The translations under genes and the position numbers were made by a program. Below the pieces are notes generated by a model. The model was not told the origin of the DNA and did not search any database. It saw only the letters and a program-made list of their open reading frames with translations. Below, in pieces: positions 47,601-59,779 of a stretch of 64,000 nt of DNA (position 1 is its first letter; each line of letters begins with the position of its first letter). Source of the stretch: Mytilus edulis (lineage: Eukaryota); contig NC_092344.1 of assembly GCF_963676685.1 (NCBI RefSeq), positions 99,944,001 to 100,008,000 of the forward strand, given 5' to 3'.

Positions 47601-50600
47601 TAAACTCATCATAGATACCAGGACTAAATTTTGTATATACGCCAGACGCGCGTTTCGTCTACAAAAGACTCATCAGTGACGCTCGAATCCACCAAAAAGT
47701 TAAAAGGGCCAAATAAAGTACGGAGTTGTGGAGAATTAAGGACCAAAATTCCTAAAAGTTTGGCAAATACAGCTAGATAATCTATGCCTGAGGTAGAAAA
47801 GCCTTAATATTTCAAAAATTCAAAGTTTGTAAACAGTTAATTTATAATTATGAACATATCAATGATAACTCAAGTCAGAAGTGACTACTGGGCTGGTGAT
47901 ACCCTCGGGGAAATAAATCTCCACCAGCAGTGGCATCGACCTAGTGGTTGTATAAAATAAACTCATCATAGATACCAGGACTAAATTTTGTATTCCCTAG
48001 TTGATACAAATTGTCATATTCTAACTATTGATTTTCCTATCATAATTTTCTTGAAAGAGGGTCTTTGTTTTCATAGTTTAAATTTCTGACTTCTTTTATC
48101 TGTACAGTTGTACCGTCATATGTCTTTTTATTTTAACATGCCCATTATTAACATGATGTTTGTTTAACAGTAAATTTAATAGTATATAGTTTTATATGCA
48201 AGATATTTCAAATAAGATTTTTTTTAATATTAACAATCCCTTTCATCTTTTTAAAAACTATATATAAGTGATCGTTTCTCATTTGCTAAATTTTTATCAT
48301 GGGCTGTAATATTTCGCTATGTTTTTCTATAAATGAACTTTATCTTATACTTAATAGAAAAATAAAATTTAAAAAAAGGGGTAACCGTTCATTTACGCTC
48401 ACAATCTGCCTTCGAATGAAGCAAACATTTTTGTAAACGTACCTTTTTCTGTGGAACTAATAGGAGAAATAGAGGTAATTTCGAAATAAAAAAAAGAACT
48501 TAATTACAGAAATCGCTCAATTTTTACAATAGTTTAGTTTTAAGTACAGCTTAATTGAAAATAATAATAAAAAATATTGGTCACCGATGAGTTAAAAAAG
48601 ATATTTCAATTCTAATGCCAAAAAAAATGGCATTTTTATACCAAAGGGAGATAATTTGGAGCGTTTTAAATGATATCTACATTTTAAAAATTCATCTGGG
48701 GCCAACACGAATTGATTTTTTTTATTTATGTTTGTACCATATGATAAAGTAACAACTACTTAAGGTAAGAAATAAAATTTGTGATGAAAAATAAATGTTT
48801 ATACCCTCGAGCCTCCATAAGCACTCAGATTAGTTTTCATATTATGTAATGCACTGTTGAAAAAACGAGTTCCAAGTGATAAAGTTGAAGTCATTGCTTC
48901 GAAATATTTAATGACAGAATGACCAGTTGGTTTGGTCGTTATGGAATATATGTCTCACAGGTGACCGCATGTCCAAATTGTCATAATTTTTCGATTTTGA
49001 TTTCACCGAATACGACTTGTTACCGAATGTGTACTACCCATGGGCATCTGATATAATCCCATGTTTTAATGGACTTCCTTTTGCTCAGTGTTTATACCTC
49101 TATGTGGCTACAAAGTTTCCAGATCTAAATCTGAACGAGGCAAATGATGATCAAGGAAGAACAAAACTTGTTCCTTATCCAAAAAATCAACCCTAAAAAA
49201 GCAACAACAAAAGATAACTTTGTTAAAACTCTCCCCCCTCCCCCTAGACACCTGTTGATTTGGAAAATACAAAGGTACTGGTATGTAAACAGTTATAGAC
49301 AAGAGGTTCGACAGACAAACACTTTTTAGTTAATGTACTTGATGGTCATCTATTGTTCAATATGAAATTGATTTTTCCTTATTAGCTATAACAGAAATTT
49401 GGAATTCATCATATGTGTAAAACAGACGGACGGCAAAACAACATAACTAAGAGGAAAATAATGATAGCTTACCAATATCTAAAACAAGTTTAAAAATTCA
49501 GAATATACAAATATAGTTAATAAAAAACTACTGACAGATATTAGTTAATTAATACAACAACCTTATCTCCTCGACGGTAGTCGTAGGGACAAAACAAACA
49601 ATCGAAAATATTCGAAGAGGATGTGGACGATACCAAGGGAATATTTTAAAGAAAAACGTACATCTCCATGGAAAAATAAGGAAAACGACAAAAAGACGAA
49701 AAAGTCCACAAAACAATGACAAACTACAGACTGAGCAAAATAAATTCCACCAAAAAGCGGATAGAACTCAGGTTCTATTGAATTGTAAATAAAGGCAACA
49801 GTATTATACCGGTGTTCAAAAGAAATAAATCGAATCGACCGGGTAACAAACTAAAACCGAGGGAAACAAAGAAAAAATAAAAATACTAAATTGCAACAAA
49901 AACAAACGCCAACATATATTTTGATAACAACTGGTATATTCCTGACTTTGTATGGCACATTTTAAGAAAAAATGGTGGATTGAACTTGGTTTAATGGTTA
50001 GCCAAACCTCCCGCTTTATGCCAATGTTAAAATATATCACTAAAATGACAATACTACGTGACAGAAATACAACACAAACACTCGCAAGAAAATTCATCTC
50101 GGAGAAACGCACTAACAAATAATGTTATAGTCGAAACAACATACAAACCGCAGACGAAACGAATATATTCCATCAACGACAGATACTACAGGATATAACA
50201 GTGACGCGCTAACATAACTAACAAACAATCTCGAACTTTATACAATTATTTTCACAATACGCGTCCAAACAATGTTCATGACAATGATTATTTGGAAAGG
50301 AAATTCTATTATTATTTGGACTACAAACGACAAGACATAATTCATTATTCAACCTCCACCATAACAGAAACATCAAAAGTAAATGCATGACTTTTGTGTG
50401 TACGGAACAGTTCTTGATCAACATGTAGCACACTTCGTGTTGCTCATATATAGATATAGGAAGATGTGGTATGAGTGCCAATGAGACAACTCTCCATCCA
50501 ATTAACAATTTATAAAAGTAAACTATTATATAATTTTTAGGTCATGGTACGGCCTTCGACACGAAGCCTTGGCTCAAACCGAACAGCAAGCTATAAAGGG

Positions 50601-51350
50601 CTTCAAAAATTACTAGTGTAAAACCATTCAAACGGGAAAACCAACGGTCTTATCTATAAAAAAAAACGAGAAACACTTATGAACCACATAAACAGACTAC
50701 AACCACTGAACATCAGATTCCTGACTATACATATGTATTGAAGTAACTTCATTTACAACATATCCGTTGTCATTGTGACACTGCATATATTCCACAACAG
50801 TCAATCAAGTTATGAAGATATTCAACTTACATAAAGAGCATTATTGATCGTAATATTTCTTTTTAAACTATTTGTAAAAAGTGAGAATATCTGACAATTT
50901 TTTTTATAACTACACTGTTTAAATATGTTAATGTAGTAACATAATCTTACATTATATGTCGATATAATGATATTCAACAAATTTATTCAGCAACCATAAT
51001 CTCTGTTCGGATCGTGTGTTTGGTTTTTTTTTCATTTTGAAGTTGGAATTTCACCTGATACATGTAGCGTGTTTCATAATACATTATATGCCAATGCTAT
51101 TTGAGTTGGACTACATTTAAGAAATATGCATTTTATGTGTTTTATCCTCTCAGAAAAGGCGATATATTTTGATTTTATTTAACTTTTACTTATGAAAGGT
51201 ACAAATGTGCCAGTAAATATTGTCACAAAACCTGCAATATAATAGCAAATTATGAAAACATGAAAAATAGTAGCAAGCATTTTCTAATAAAAACAACTTA
51301 CGAGAAGTCCCATTACTCATTGTATCGTCATCTGAACTACATGCTGCCAT
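44663..51350 (-). CDS. Uncharacterised coiled-coil protein, ~235 aa
   Basis: Exons 51350-51302, 45767-45692, 45245-44663; GT-AG, phases 1/2 consistent. The last exon is a long E/K/R/L-rich coiled coil. 46907-46682 is a phase-compatible alternative first exon. Confidence 0.65.
47419..47462 (-). ncRNA. Hammerhead ribozyme variant (one stem II mismatch)
   Basis: Core intact; the stem II 3' strand is AAAC instead of AGAC. Confidence 0.65.
47639..47682 (-). ncRNA. Minimal type I hammerhead ribozyme
   Basis: Minus strand reads GCGUCA-CUGAUGA-GUCU uuugu AGAC-GAAA-C GCGC G-UC/UGGCGU: complete core, stem I, stem II and a short palindromic stem III. Confidence 0.85.
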
Positions 51351-51706
51351 TTCTGTCAATATAAAACAAAAGATAAACATGAACTAGTTATCTGTAAGCC
51401 TAAAAAAATAGGTTAAATTTCTAGTTTAAAAGGTCGAAGTATGGTAGTTTGCAACTATAATCCATTTTATTCTGGACGCACGGTTATAGACTTCCATTTA
51501 ATCTAAAGATAAATAAATATAAGGCGACACATACCGTGAAAGGCTTCAGAAGGAATATTGTTCTTTAAATCGCTAATACATTATTATGTATTATATAAGT
51601 TTTTTTTATCTCACGAAATATTCATTCAAAAACAAAAAAAGGATAGAACAGATGTGATCAATAGAAATAAAGTATTGTAAAATTTAATTGGGTATACTTA
51701 TCGTTT

Positions 51707-51732
51707 TGTGTGTGTGTGTGTGTGTGTGTGTG
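51707..51732. repeat. (TG)n microsatellite
   Basis: About 13 TG units. Confidence 0.9.
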
Positions 51733-54700
51733 TTTTGTTGTTGAACCGAAAAGTAGTATCCGCCTATTCTGTAAAGGTTTATAGCTTTGGTATAGAATGT
51801 ATACAGATCGTAACCCTTCTATTCTGTTTGAAAGTGGCATTAAAAAAAGTAAAACAAATGAGTCTGTGCCATTTTTACTTAAATTCTTCGTATTTCCGAA
51901 ATAAATATTTATAGACAGCAAAAAAGTTGTAATTGATAAGCGTCTCTATTCTATTTCTCTTATGTCGAAGCGAGAGAGCGTCTATAGGTCTTGCTGTAAG
52001 GTGTTAGCTCGTCGTTCAAAACCTCATAACTGCCGTCACATCGGAATACATTAATAAACGCTTTGCTCCTTCAAAATTTTCATTTTGTAATATTTCATGA
52101 TAGTTTTGTCTCATTCATATATCCCTCTATTCCTTCATCAGTAATTCAAAACAAAACAAAAATATGGCAAACAAAACGTATTTACAAGTCACTTACTTCG
52201 TATTCTAGACATAGCACATTTCTTTGTTTTTAGTTCAAAATTTACAGTTCATAAATCTAACGACATGAAAATAATTTTATATGGATGTAAATTGCATTAC
52301 ACAAAACAACTTGACATTTAAATTCAACACAATAATGGCACTTGATTGCCAATAGATTTATTACTATAGACTTATCTCAATGGTTGTTCAAGAGTATATA
52401 TAAATATTCAGTTGCTAACAAAACTCGTCTGGTAGATTAAAAAAATAGAATTGAAATTTGAAAGGAAAAAAAAATGGAAGATAGAAAAGAATTGTTCACT
52501 TTGGTTCTGTCTATATCCAAACATAAATACGGTTGACACATTAATTGTATGGTTTTCAAAGTCTAATATTTGATTTTCTTTTATGTTTGTCACACTATTT
52601 TTCTGAATGTAATCATGTAGGTTTGTTTGTTTGTTTTTGTTTTGGTTTTTTTAAGATATCTTACCTTATCACTGATTTTCCAGTACTTCGAAAACATAGC
52701 TTTGAAAGTGGAACAGTTTTGGGCTTTAATTTCAGAAGTTAATTTGCATTTGTAATGGGACAGCTCAGGATGGGAGAAAAATAACAAGAAAATAGTTGTG
52801 AACTTCAAAGACCTTCTCTACTAGAAATATTGCCAAACGTTCATAGATACATTATTGATTTGACAATAGTATATATCACTTGATAATATTGCATTATATA
52901 TATCAAACATATATGTCTAGAAAAAAACAGAAAATCTAAAAATCTGAAAATAAATGTTTTAAACAAATACAAAAAGTACAATTTTAATCAGTTGCCCATA
53001 TAATTTTGCTTTTTCTCTCACATGGAGGTATTTAGGTTGTAATTTTGTCGTAAAGCAATTCGTTCATTGGGACAGTTCATGGAAAATTAACCGCACTTTG
53101 TGTACAAAACCTTTATTAGTATTGTTTAAATAATATAAAAACAAGAAGATAATTCAAGCGAACTATATAAACGTACCTTTTGGTTGAAAATATTCCACAA
53201 ATAATGAAAGCCTTTATTATGGTGTAACAAGTAGCATTGGCAAAGTTATGGTTATTTATTTGATTTACTATTGATTTCAACGTTTGAACAGTTATCAAAA
53301 AGTCGTTTTTAAGTCAAGAAGAAAGTGATAAATGCTTCCGAAATACCATATTTGTTTTCCATACCAAGGGTTTAATCTTAACTTTGTCAACAATGGATTA
53401 AAACTACGCATACATGATTGCAGGCTTCTGAATATTACATATGATTTCTACGTTTTATTTTGATTATTTGGAGATATAGAACTTTTATTCTTGATTTTAA
53501 AGTACACACTGAATTTGTTACTGTGGTGAATATTAACTTATGACTGTCCAATATTTCAAATGGTGTTTCCATAATTTTTGTTATTGTAGACACTTCATGA
53601 ATAATACGACTAAGATAAGACGTAAAAGTCAATACAACAGATAAATATAAATATCTGGATAAAGTAAGGTTTAACATCACATAATCAATTAAAACACTAT
53701 CAATAATATCCGCGATCAGGAATGTCCCTGTCGCGATGAAGTTCAAAACGACATGTACTACATATGCAAAAATAAGTCAAATGCAACATTAATTAGAACT
53801 TTCAAAATTTCAATAATGCACGAATATACATCTAAAGCTAACACAAATTTCGTAAATTCTAAAAGTGTTATCCAATTATGTATTATAAGTGAACCTAAAC
53901 CCATATGGTAATATCCATCACAGTCCCGTTTGAATGTTATCGTTATTTTATCTGTTTATATTTTTACGGGTGCAGGGCATTTTTGCAAAGAATGTAATGA
54001 CTTCTTTTTGCTGAAATTGGCTTGGATCTTTTTAGTTAGCATGCACAAACCGTGGGTTTAAAATCTGGCGTTTGAATGGGTCATACTTTGTACTCTTGTG
54101 TGACTCGGTCTACACTTGGACAATCAAGAGCGTAAAAGCTGAAAAATATCAATTAGTTATCAAAACTAAATTAGTAATTAGTAAATAAATTAAATATTTT
54201 TCCCCTCTTTAAACCTCCAATTGAAATTTTTGACACTTTTATGGCATTTCTGTAGTAAATCTAATGAATATTACGTAAATAAAATCAATCGAGAGCACTG
54301 AGGTTTATTTTCAGCAAATAGAGACATACAATTTACATATAATTTACTTATATTAAAATGCTTCGGGGGACCTTTGGGGGAGGGGGGGGGGGTGTCGTTC
54401 CGAAATACCGCTGTACCTATATAATGGAACTCATTTACGAAATCTTCAGAAAGGAAATAAACTATAATCAATTTAAAGTTCTCTTTTTTTTTGAATGGGA
54501 ATGCTTGCAATTGTGTATATTGTACAACTATGATACGTTATAGAGTTGTCTCATGAACCGTGACATTATTCTTCTTTTTTTATTTAGGCCTAACCTTTAG
54601 ATGTTTTTTGATACACGTGAGATAGATCTACGAGCATTTTTTTTAAAAGCTATGAGATTAATGTCATTTTGTTTCTGTTATTAACTTTGCATGAATTTTA

Positions 54701-54899
54701 CGTGTATCTTAAAACAGAAAAAACATTGCCGGAAAAAAAGTTTTAGCTTTAACTTATAAGAGCAGTAAAATTAAGCTGGATCTCGACTGATTACTACACT
54801 TTGTTCACATATCATCAGATAGCATTTGTTCATTTTATACTAAATTAGAAATGGTCATAGCTGACTCATAGCTCCTCAACTACCAAAAAACCAAAATTT

Positions 54900-54976
54900 G
54901 AATTTCCCGCCTGATCAACTAATAGAAAAAAATGTGACGTCTGTCTGTTATTCAAAACGGAAGTAAACAATATACG
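54900..54976 (+). promoter_or_regulatory. Probable TATA-less housekeeping promoter of CERK
   Basis: TTTCCCGCC (E2F-like), TGACGTC (CRE-like) and CGGAAGT (ETS-like) cluster within 80 nt upstream of the ATG. Confidence 0.4.
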
Positions 54977-57900
54977 ATGGCAGACTATGGAGATCCAATT
55001 TTTCAGTCCACTCTACACATACAAAAAATAGCACACCAAGTTGCATTAACTTCTAGTCATCTTATTTGGGAACAAGCATCGAAAGGTGGACCCCTTGACA
55101 GTCCGTCTTCTGAGCCACTGTTTTGTATGTAGATTTACAAATATTCTTCCCTTTGTCTTCGTACATAAATTTGAAGGTTCATCATGACATGATAAGGAAT
55201 TGAAAAATATGGCCGTGTTTACACCTCCAAAATTACTATGAGTACAGACAAACTGGTACATCCAGGAAAGTTTTAAGGCATGGCAGGAACTAGATATATA
55301 AAAGTTATATGAAGTCTGCGTTTCAGAAAATTAAAAACTTACCTGGATTTTGATGTTCATTTTTTTCCAGTCTGCAGAAGATAGCAAAATAAACAAACAC
55401 CCGAGTTTCATTTGATACGGTCCACTCAGTTACACAGTTTAAACCTGTTAAATCACCTATTGTTTTCAGGTGTCTATTGTCCATCTATTGTCCATTTAAA
55501 TCAATACTACTCACAACATTGATTATATGAGGGGAGCTTCTCAATCGTTTTCACTACTTAGTTAATTTTTGCACCTTCTGCAGGAACGAAAAAAAATGGA
55601 TAGCAAAATCTAGAAAAGTTTATAATTTTCTGAAACATAAAATGCATTTAAAATTTATATATCTAGTTCCTGCCATCCCTTAAAACTGTTGCAGGTGTAT
55701 AGGTTAGTCTGTACTCAGAGTAAAATTTGGGGTGTAAATACGGCCATTTTAGCCAAAAGGTTATGATGAACCTTAATTTGACACTTTTTTGTTAATTTCT
55801 TGGAAAACTGTTTTCTTCCTCCTTTAATCCGTGGCCCTCGTTTAATGCTCTTTTGCAAAATCGAAAAGAAATGAAAATATGTGTTTCCTTCACTACTGGA
55901 TTTATAAAGATAAAAAAAAAGTCTGCTAATAGCAGACTTTTTTATCTTTATAAATCCTAAAACAAGGATGGAAATTAAAATTTCCATTCAAGCAGTAGCC
56001 TCCTCTCTCCGCTACTCTAGTACTATACTGACTCTAAATAATTATGACGTCATGAAAGACAGTAAAGACGGCAAATATAAAAGAGTTATTCTGATCCAGG
56101 GTAGTCGTTAAACTAGCGCTCATTGTCAGCTGTCTGAATTGTCAGCCAAAGGATTAAATTGCTAGGTCATATCCCTCAATTTACACTCCAAGGTTAAACA
56201 ACAATACATATGCAGGGGATAATTATTGAATTTAATCACCAACTTGTGGAAAATCTAAACCTTACCAGCTGTCTGGTTCATATGACCTTGACCTCATTTT
56301 CATGGTTCATTGGTCAATGATAAGTTTTCAAGGTTTTGTCTGTTTATCAGATACTAAAAGAAAAGGTAATTTTACTTGATGTATTGATATTTTCCAAGTT
56401 TGGTTCATGTCTGGTCTCTGTGTGCATGATACATCCGGATTAGTTCTAGCAGTTTTTGCCAACTCGGAGTCATCCAATAATTGTCTAGATACAGTTAAAC
56501 ATAGCATTATATCATATCTACTAGAAATCTGAGAAATTTGTGTATTTGGTGAATAATTTCCTAAAAAGTCCTCATGGTTAGTGAAAAATATTCTATACTT
56601 TTTTTTACATCTGTTCACTGCTGCATACTACATCAAAATATATGGTTTGTCCCTTATTCATTCTTTTTTCCTTTTCCAGGTCATAGAAATGCAAATACAG
56701 TGCCACTGAGAGAAGTTATAATTGCTACACATGAAAAGGATAAACAGAATCCAAGTCTGCCATCGGTGAACAAAAGTCAAGGGGTGAAGGCTAAAGACAC
56801 AACACATCTATACATAGAGTTACAATGCCCATCTTTCATTGTTAATATATTGAGCAGAGGATCAAAACATAAATGGAAGTACAAAAAGTTATCCTTTGTC
56901 TGCCAGGATTCTCACCTATGCAGTCAGTGGGTCAGAAATATCAATGATGCTCTTGATAATCTAGGTCAGATTCTTCAAAATGAATTTGATTTGTTTGAAT
57001 ATAAATTAATTGTTATTGTTAAACCTACATGTTTCTATTAAAACCAATATTTTAATTGTAAAAAATTCTACATATTTGAAGCAGAAAATACCCAAAGGGA
57101 CATAAAAAAAATAAAAAATCATGTCAAAAAATTATTACATACAGACAAGGTAAATGTTTGTGACACCTATCTTGTTGCTCAAGGCAAGTAACAATTGCTT
57201 AGAATAAAAGAGAAATTTTCATAAAAAAGAAAAGTTAAAATTCAGTCATGAAGGTGGTTTACTGTGACTAGCCTTACTTAGCATAATTACTGATTTAAAT
57301 TTTGTCAACATAGTCAGAAGACGAAGTGATTGCCCTTATAAATGATGATTGTTTTTATCCTCTTTTACGTTTTGGGCAAGATCTAAAGGAGAAAAATTCA
57401 AAAAGGTCAACAGAAAAATGATCAGCAAAATAAGATCAATAAAAAAGAGATTTTTGCCATGAATACTTTATCGAAGGATGCTCATTTTTACATACAAGCA
57501 TTTGTGCTTTATAAATAAAAGATTTTTTAACTGTTGTATTTCAGATTTTAAAAGACCAAAACATCTACTGGTATTTGTAAATCCATATGGAGGTAAACGA
57601 CAGGGACCAAGTTTATATAAAGAAAAAGTCGCTCCATTGTTTGAGATGGCTGGCATCAAAACTGAAGTTATAAGTACGTACAAAATGTACAACACTGTAC
57701 AGAAATGACAGTTCAATTGTTAATAACAAGAGTTATATTAAAAATTTGTGGAATTAAAGCGTTCACTGTATATAGCAACATAGCAACATACACATATATA
57801 CATTTGCACATCTAAATGTTTAATATTATTAAGATGAACTACCCTGACAGAAAAATGCAACTGTTACAATTCAAGCTCACCAAATTTGGATTACCGGTAT

Positions 57901-58485
57901 ATGTAGAAAATCTTGAAACCATTATGATAAGTTAAGTAATTGAACCAAATCAATTTTAATACATTTAACAGCATTTGGTGTTAATTTGGAGAATAACAGT
58001 TAAAAAAGTGTGTGCCAAATGCCTACCAAAATACAAATGATTTCTTTTTTTCTTTTCATTGGGATCTAGTTTCTTAAAAAAGAAACAGAATAAATAATAT
58101 CTTTTATTGTGTTAGGCAGATCTTCCTACAACAGAATCTTAACATTGCAGGGAGGGAACATGCCATTGTCTAGACCATTATACTGCCAAAAATAGTCAAA
58201 TTATTTTGGCCATTCAATTCATTCATGTATGCTAATCTGATGGATAAATGAATAGGATATAATCTGGACACGTTTTATGCAGAAATGTAACTTGTGATGT
58301 TAAATGACCATTGAACACGTTTAAGTGACCTTTGATTGACTCTTGATTCTCATGAAGAGCTGTAGCCTGTACTAATTAATTATACCGTTTGCTGTATATT
58401 TAAAAGTAATTAATTTTGTAGCCACACAGAGAGCAAACCATGCCAGGGACACTTTACTTGAACATGACCTTCAGAAAGTTGATGG
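54977..58485 (+). CDS. CERK: Ceramide kinase, exons 1-4 (gene continues beyond the window)
   Basis: Exons 54977-55085, 56680-56964, 57545-57673, 58422-58485 with consistent phases. PH-like N-terminus (CSQWVRNINDAL), then RPKHLLVFVNPYGGK...KVAPLF...TQRANHARDTL...VDG, matching the start of the CERK DAG-kinase domain. Confidence 0.9.
55170..55780. mobile_element. Foldback-like element with ~220-bp imperfect inverted arms in CERK intron 1
   Basis: e.g. ATGGCAGGAACTAGATATATAAA (55280) vs TTTATATATCTAGTTCCTGCCAT (55654); ATGGCCGTGTTTACACC vs GGTGTAAATACGGCCAT. True ends not resolved. Confidence 0.65.
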
Positions 58486-58705
58486 GTAAGTAAATCCATA
58501 AAAGCATCGTTACAGAAAAGACCCTACCAAAATTTAAGCTACATCAATTTTACTTAAATTACATTTGTTTTCAAGAACGAGATTTACAATATATCTGCAT
58601 AGGGTTACTTAAAAAATATTTCAGACAAAAAAAATGAAAATTTTATGTATTTTTGTAAAGATCAAAGTGTGTTCTCTCCGATCCCAGGGGTGACAGTTAG
58701 TTTAA

Positions 58706-59050
58706 AGCTAGGTTCACACTGCTGATCAGATCAACTCGATGATCCCGACTGTCCAAAAACTGAGCTCAACCAAATTCTTGATCGGGCCTGTTTACGACTT
58801 ATACGCGACCGCCATCCGACTGTACACGACATTAACTTGACAGTTCACGACTCCTTATGACTCTATCAGGACTCCATCCCGACGTACAAAATGAATGCTT
58901 ATTCAATAATTCCGATCAATTCACGATCTTTACTCGACTAGCTAGACCAAATCAATTTTTCACGATCTCAGTCTGATCTCGACAAGACCAGATCCACTTG
59001 ATCATATATGGGCCGTAGGGATAGTCGGGAATTGGTCGGGTATGCACAAT
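58706..59050. mobile_element. Truncated Harbinger-like remnant
   Basis: TAA followed by AGCTAGGTTCACACT, then ACGA/CGAT-rich low-complexity sequence like the 21.1-kb element; no matching right end seen. Confidence 0.4.
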
Positions 59051-59073
59051 CTTAGTATTAAAACGTGCGAAAC

Positions 59074-59341
59074 TTTTATTCCCTGCCGCTTCGGAGTGGG
59101 CATTACGTGTTACCATTGTTTGTCTGTACATATGTGTGTACGTCCCAACAATATTAGTTTTTGGTCTCTAATTTTATTTTGCCTCAACCAAATTTAATGA
59201 AACGCCGTATACAAAATGCTTATTACCATAAAACACATTTCAAATGCGAATTTGGGTGGCCGTTCTTGAGTAATGACCCTTTATAATGTTATATATGCTA
59301 GCTTGGGTATTATCAGTGTCCCATGGACACATTCTCCGTTT
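59074..59341 (+). mobile_element. Short HINE/DINE-like element
   Basis: T-run start, GTCTGT/GTAC simple repeat near the 5' end, and a 3' hairpin TGTCC-CAT-GGACA. Confidence 0.45.
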
Positions 59342-59779
59342 ATTTGGTTATATACAGTAGAAAGTCCGAGTGAAATCACATTTAAAATACCTAAATAGAA
59401 GTAAAGCCATTTGTATTTGTATGCAAGGTGGTAAAAGGTCAGAGAGATAGATTAATAGCTGTGAACGGAGCTTGAAGAGTGCATAGAAGACGAACAAGAA
59501 GGTGTAGAGAGCAACGGCGCCGACAAATCTTGGCGAGGCAGTGGCTGACACGACGACTACATGTAGGCAGTATGAGAGACTTGCACTTACTCAACACAGA
59601 GTAACCCAATGCTTATAAAAACCTCATAGTGGACACTGATATGTAATGGTAGTGTTAATGCTCTTTTTGGAAATGACATCACAAAATGACATTTGTAACT
59701 GGATTAGTACTTATGTTAGATAGCAATATACATACACTGAACCATCCCCTTTTCCTTGCTTTCTTAAAGTGGAAGATAT

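Larger units (their letters stand above)
47381..47993 (-). mobile_element. Tandem hammerhead-containing repeat (non-LTR retrozyme-like), unit 357 nt
   Basis: TAAACTCATCATAGATACCAGGACTAAATTTTGTAT starts at 47381, 47601 and 47958. The first unit has an internal deletion. Two hammerhead motifs. Confidence 0.8.
47040..48060 (+). mobile_element. Penelope-like RT relic split by a retrozyme array
   Basis: YVDDVLSLN-like sequence at ~47121. The relic is homologous to 42540-42930 and resumes at ~47994 after the insertion. Confidence 0.6.
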
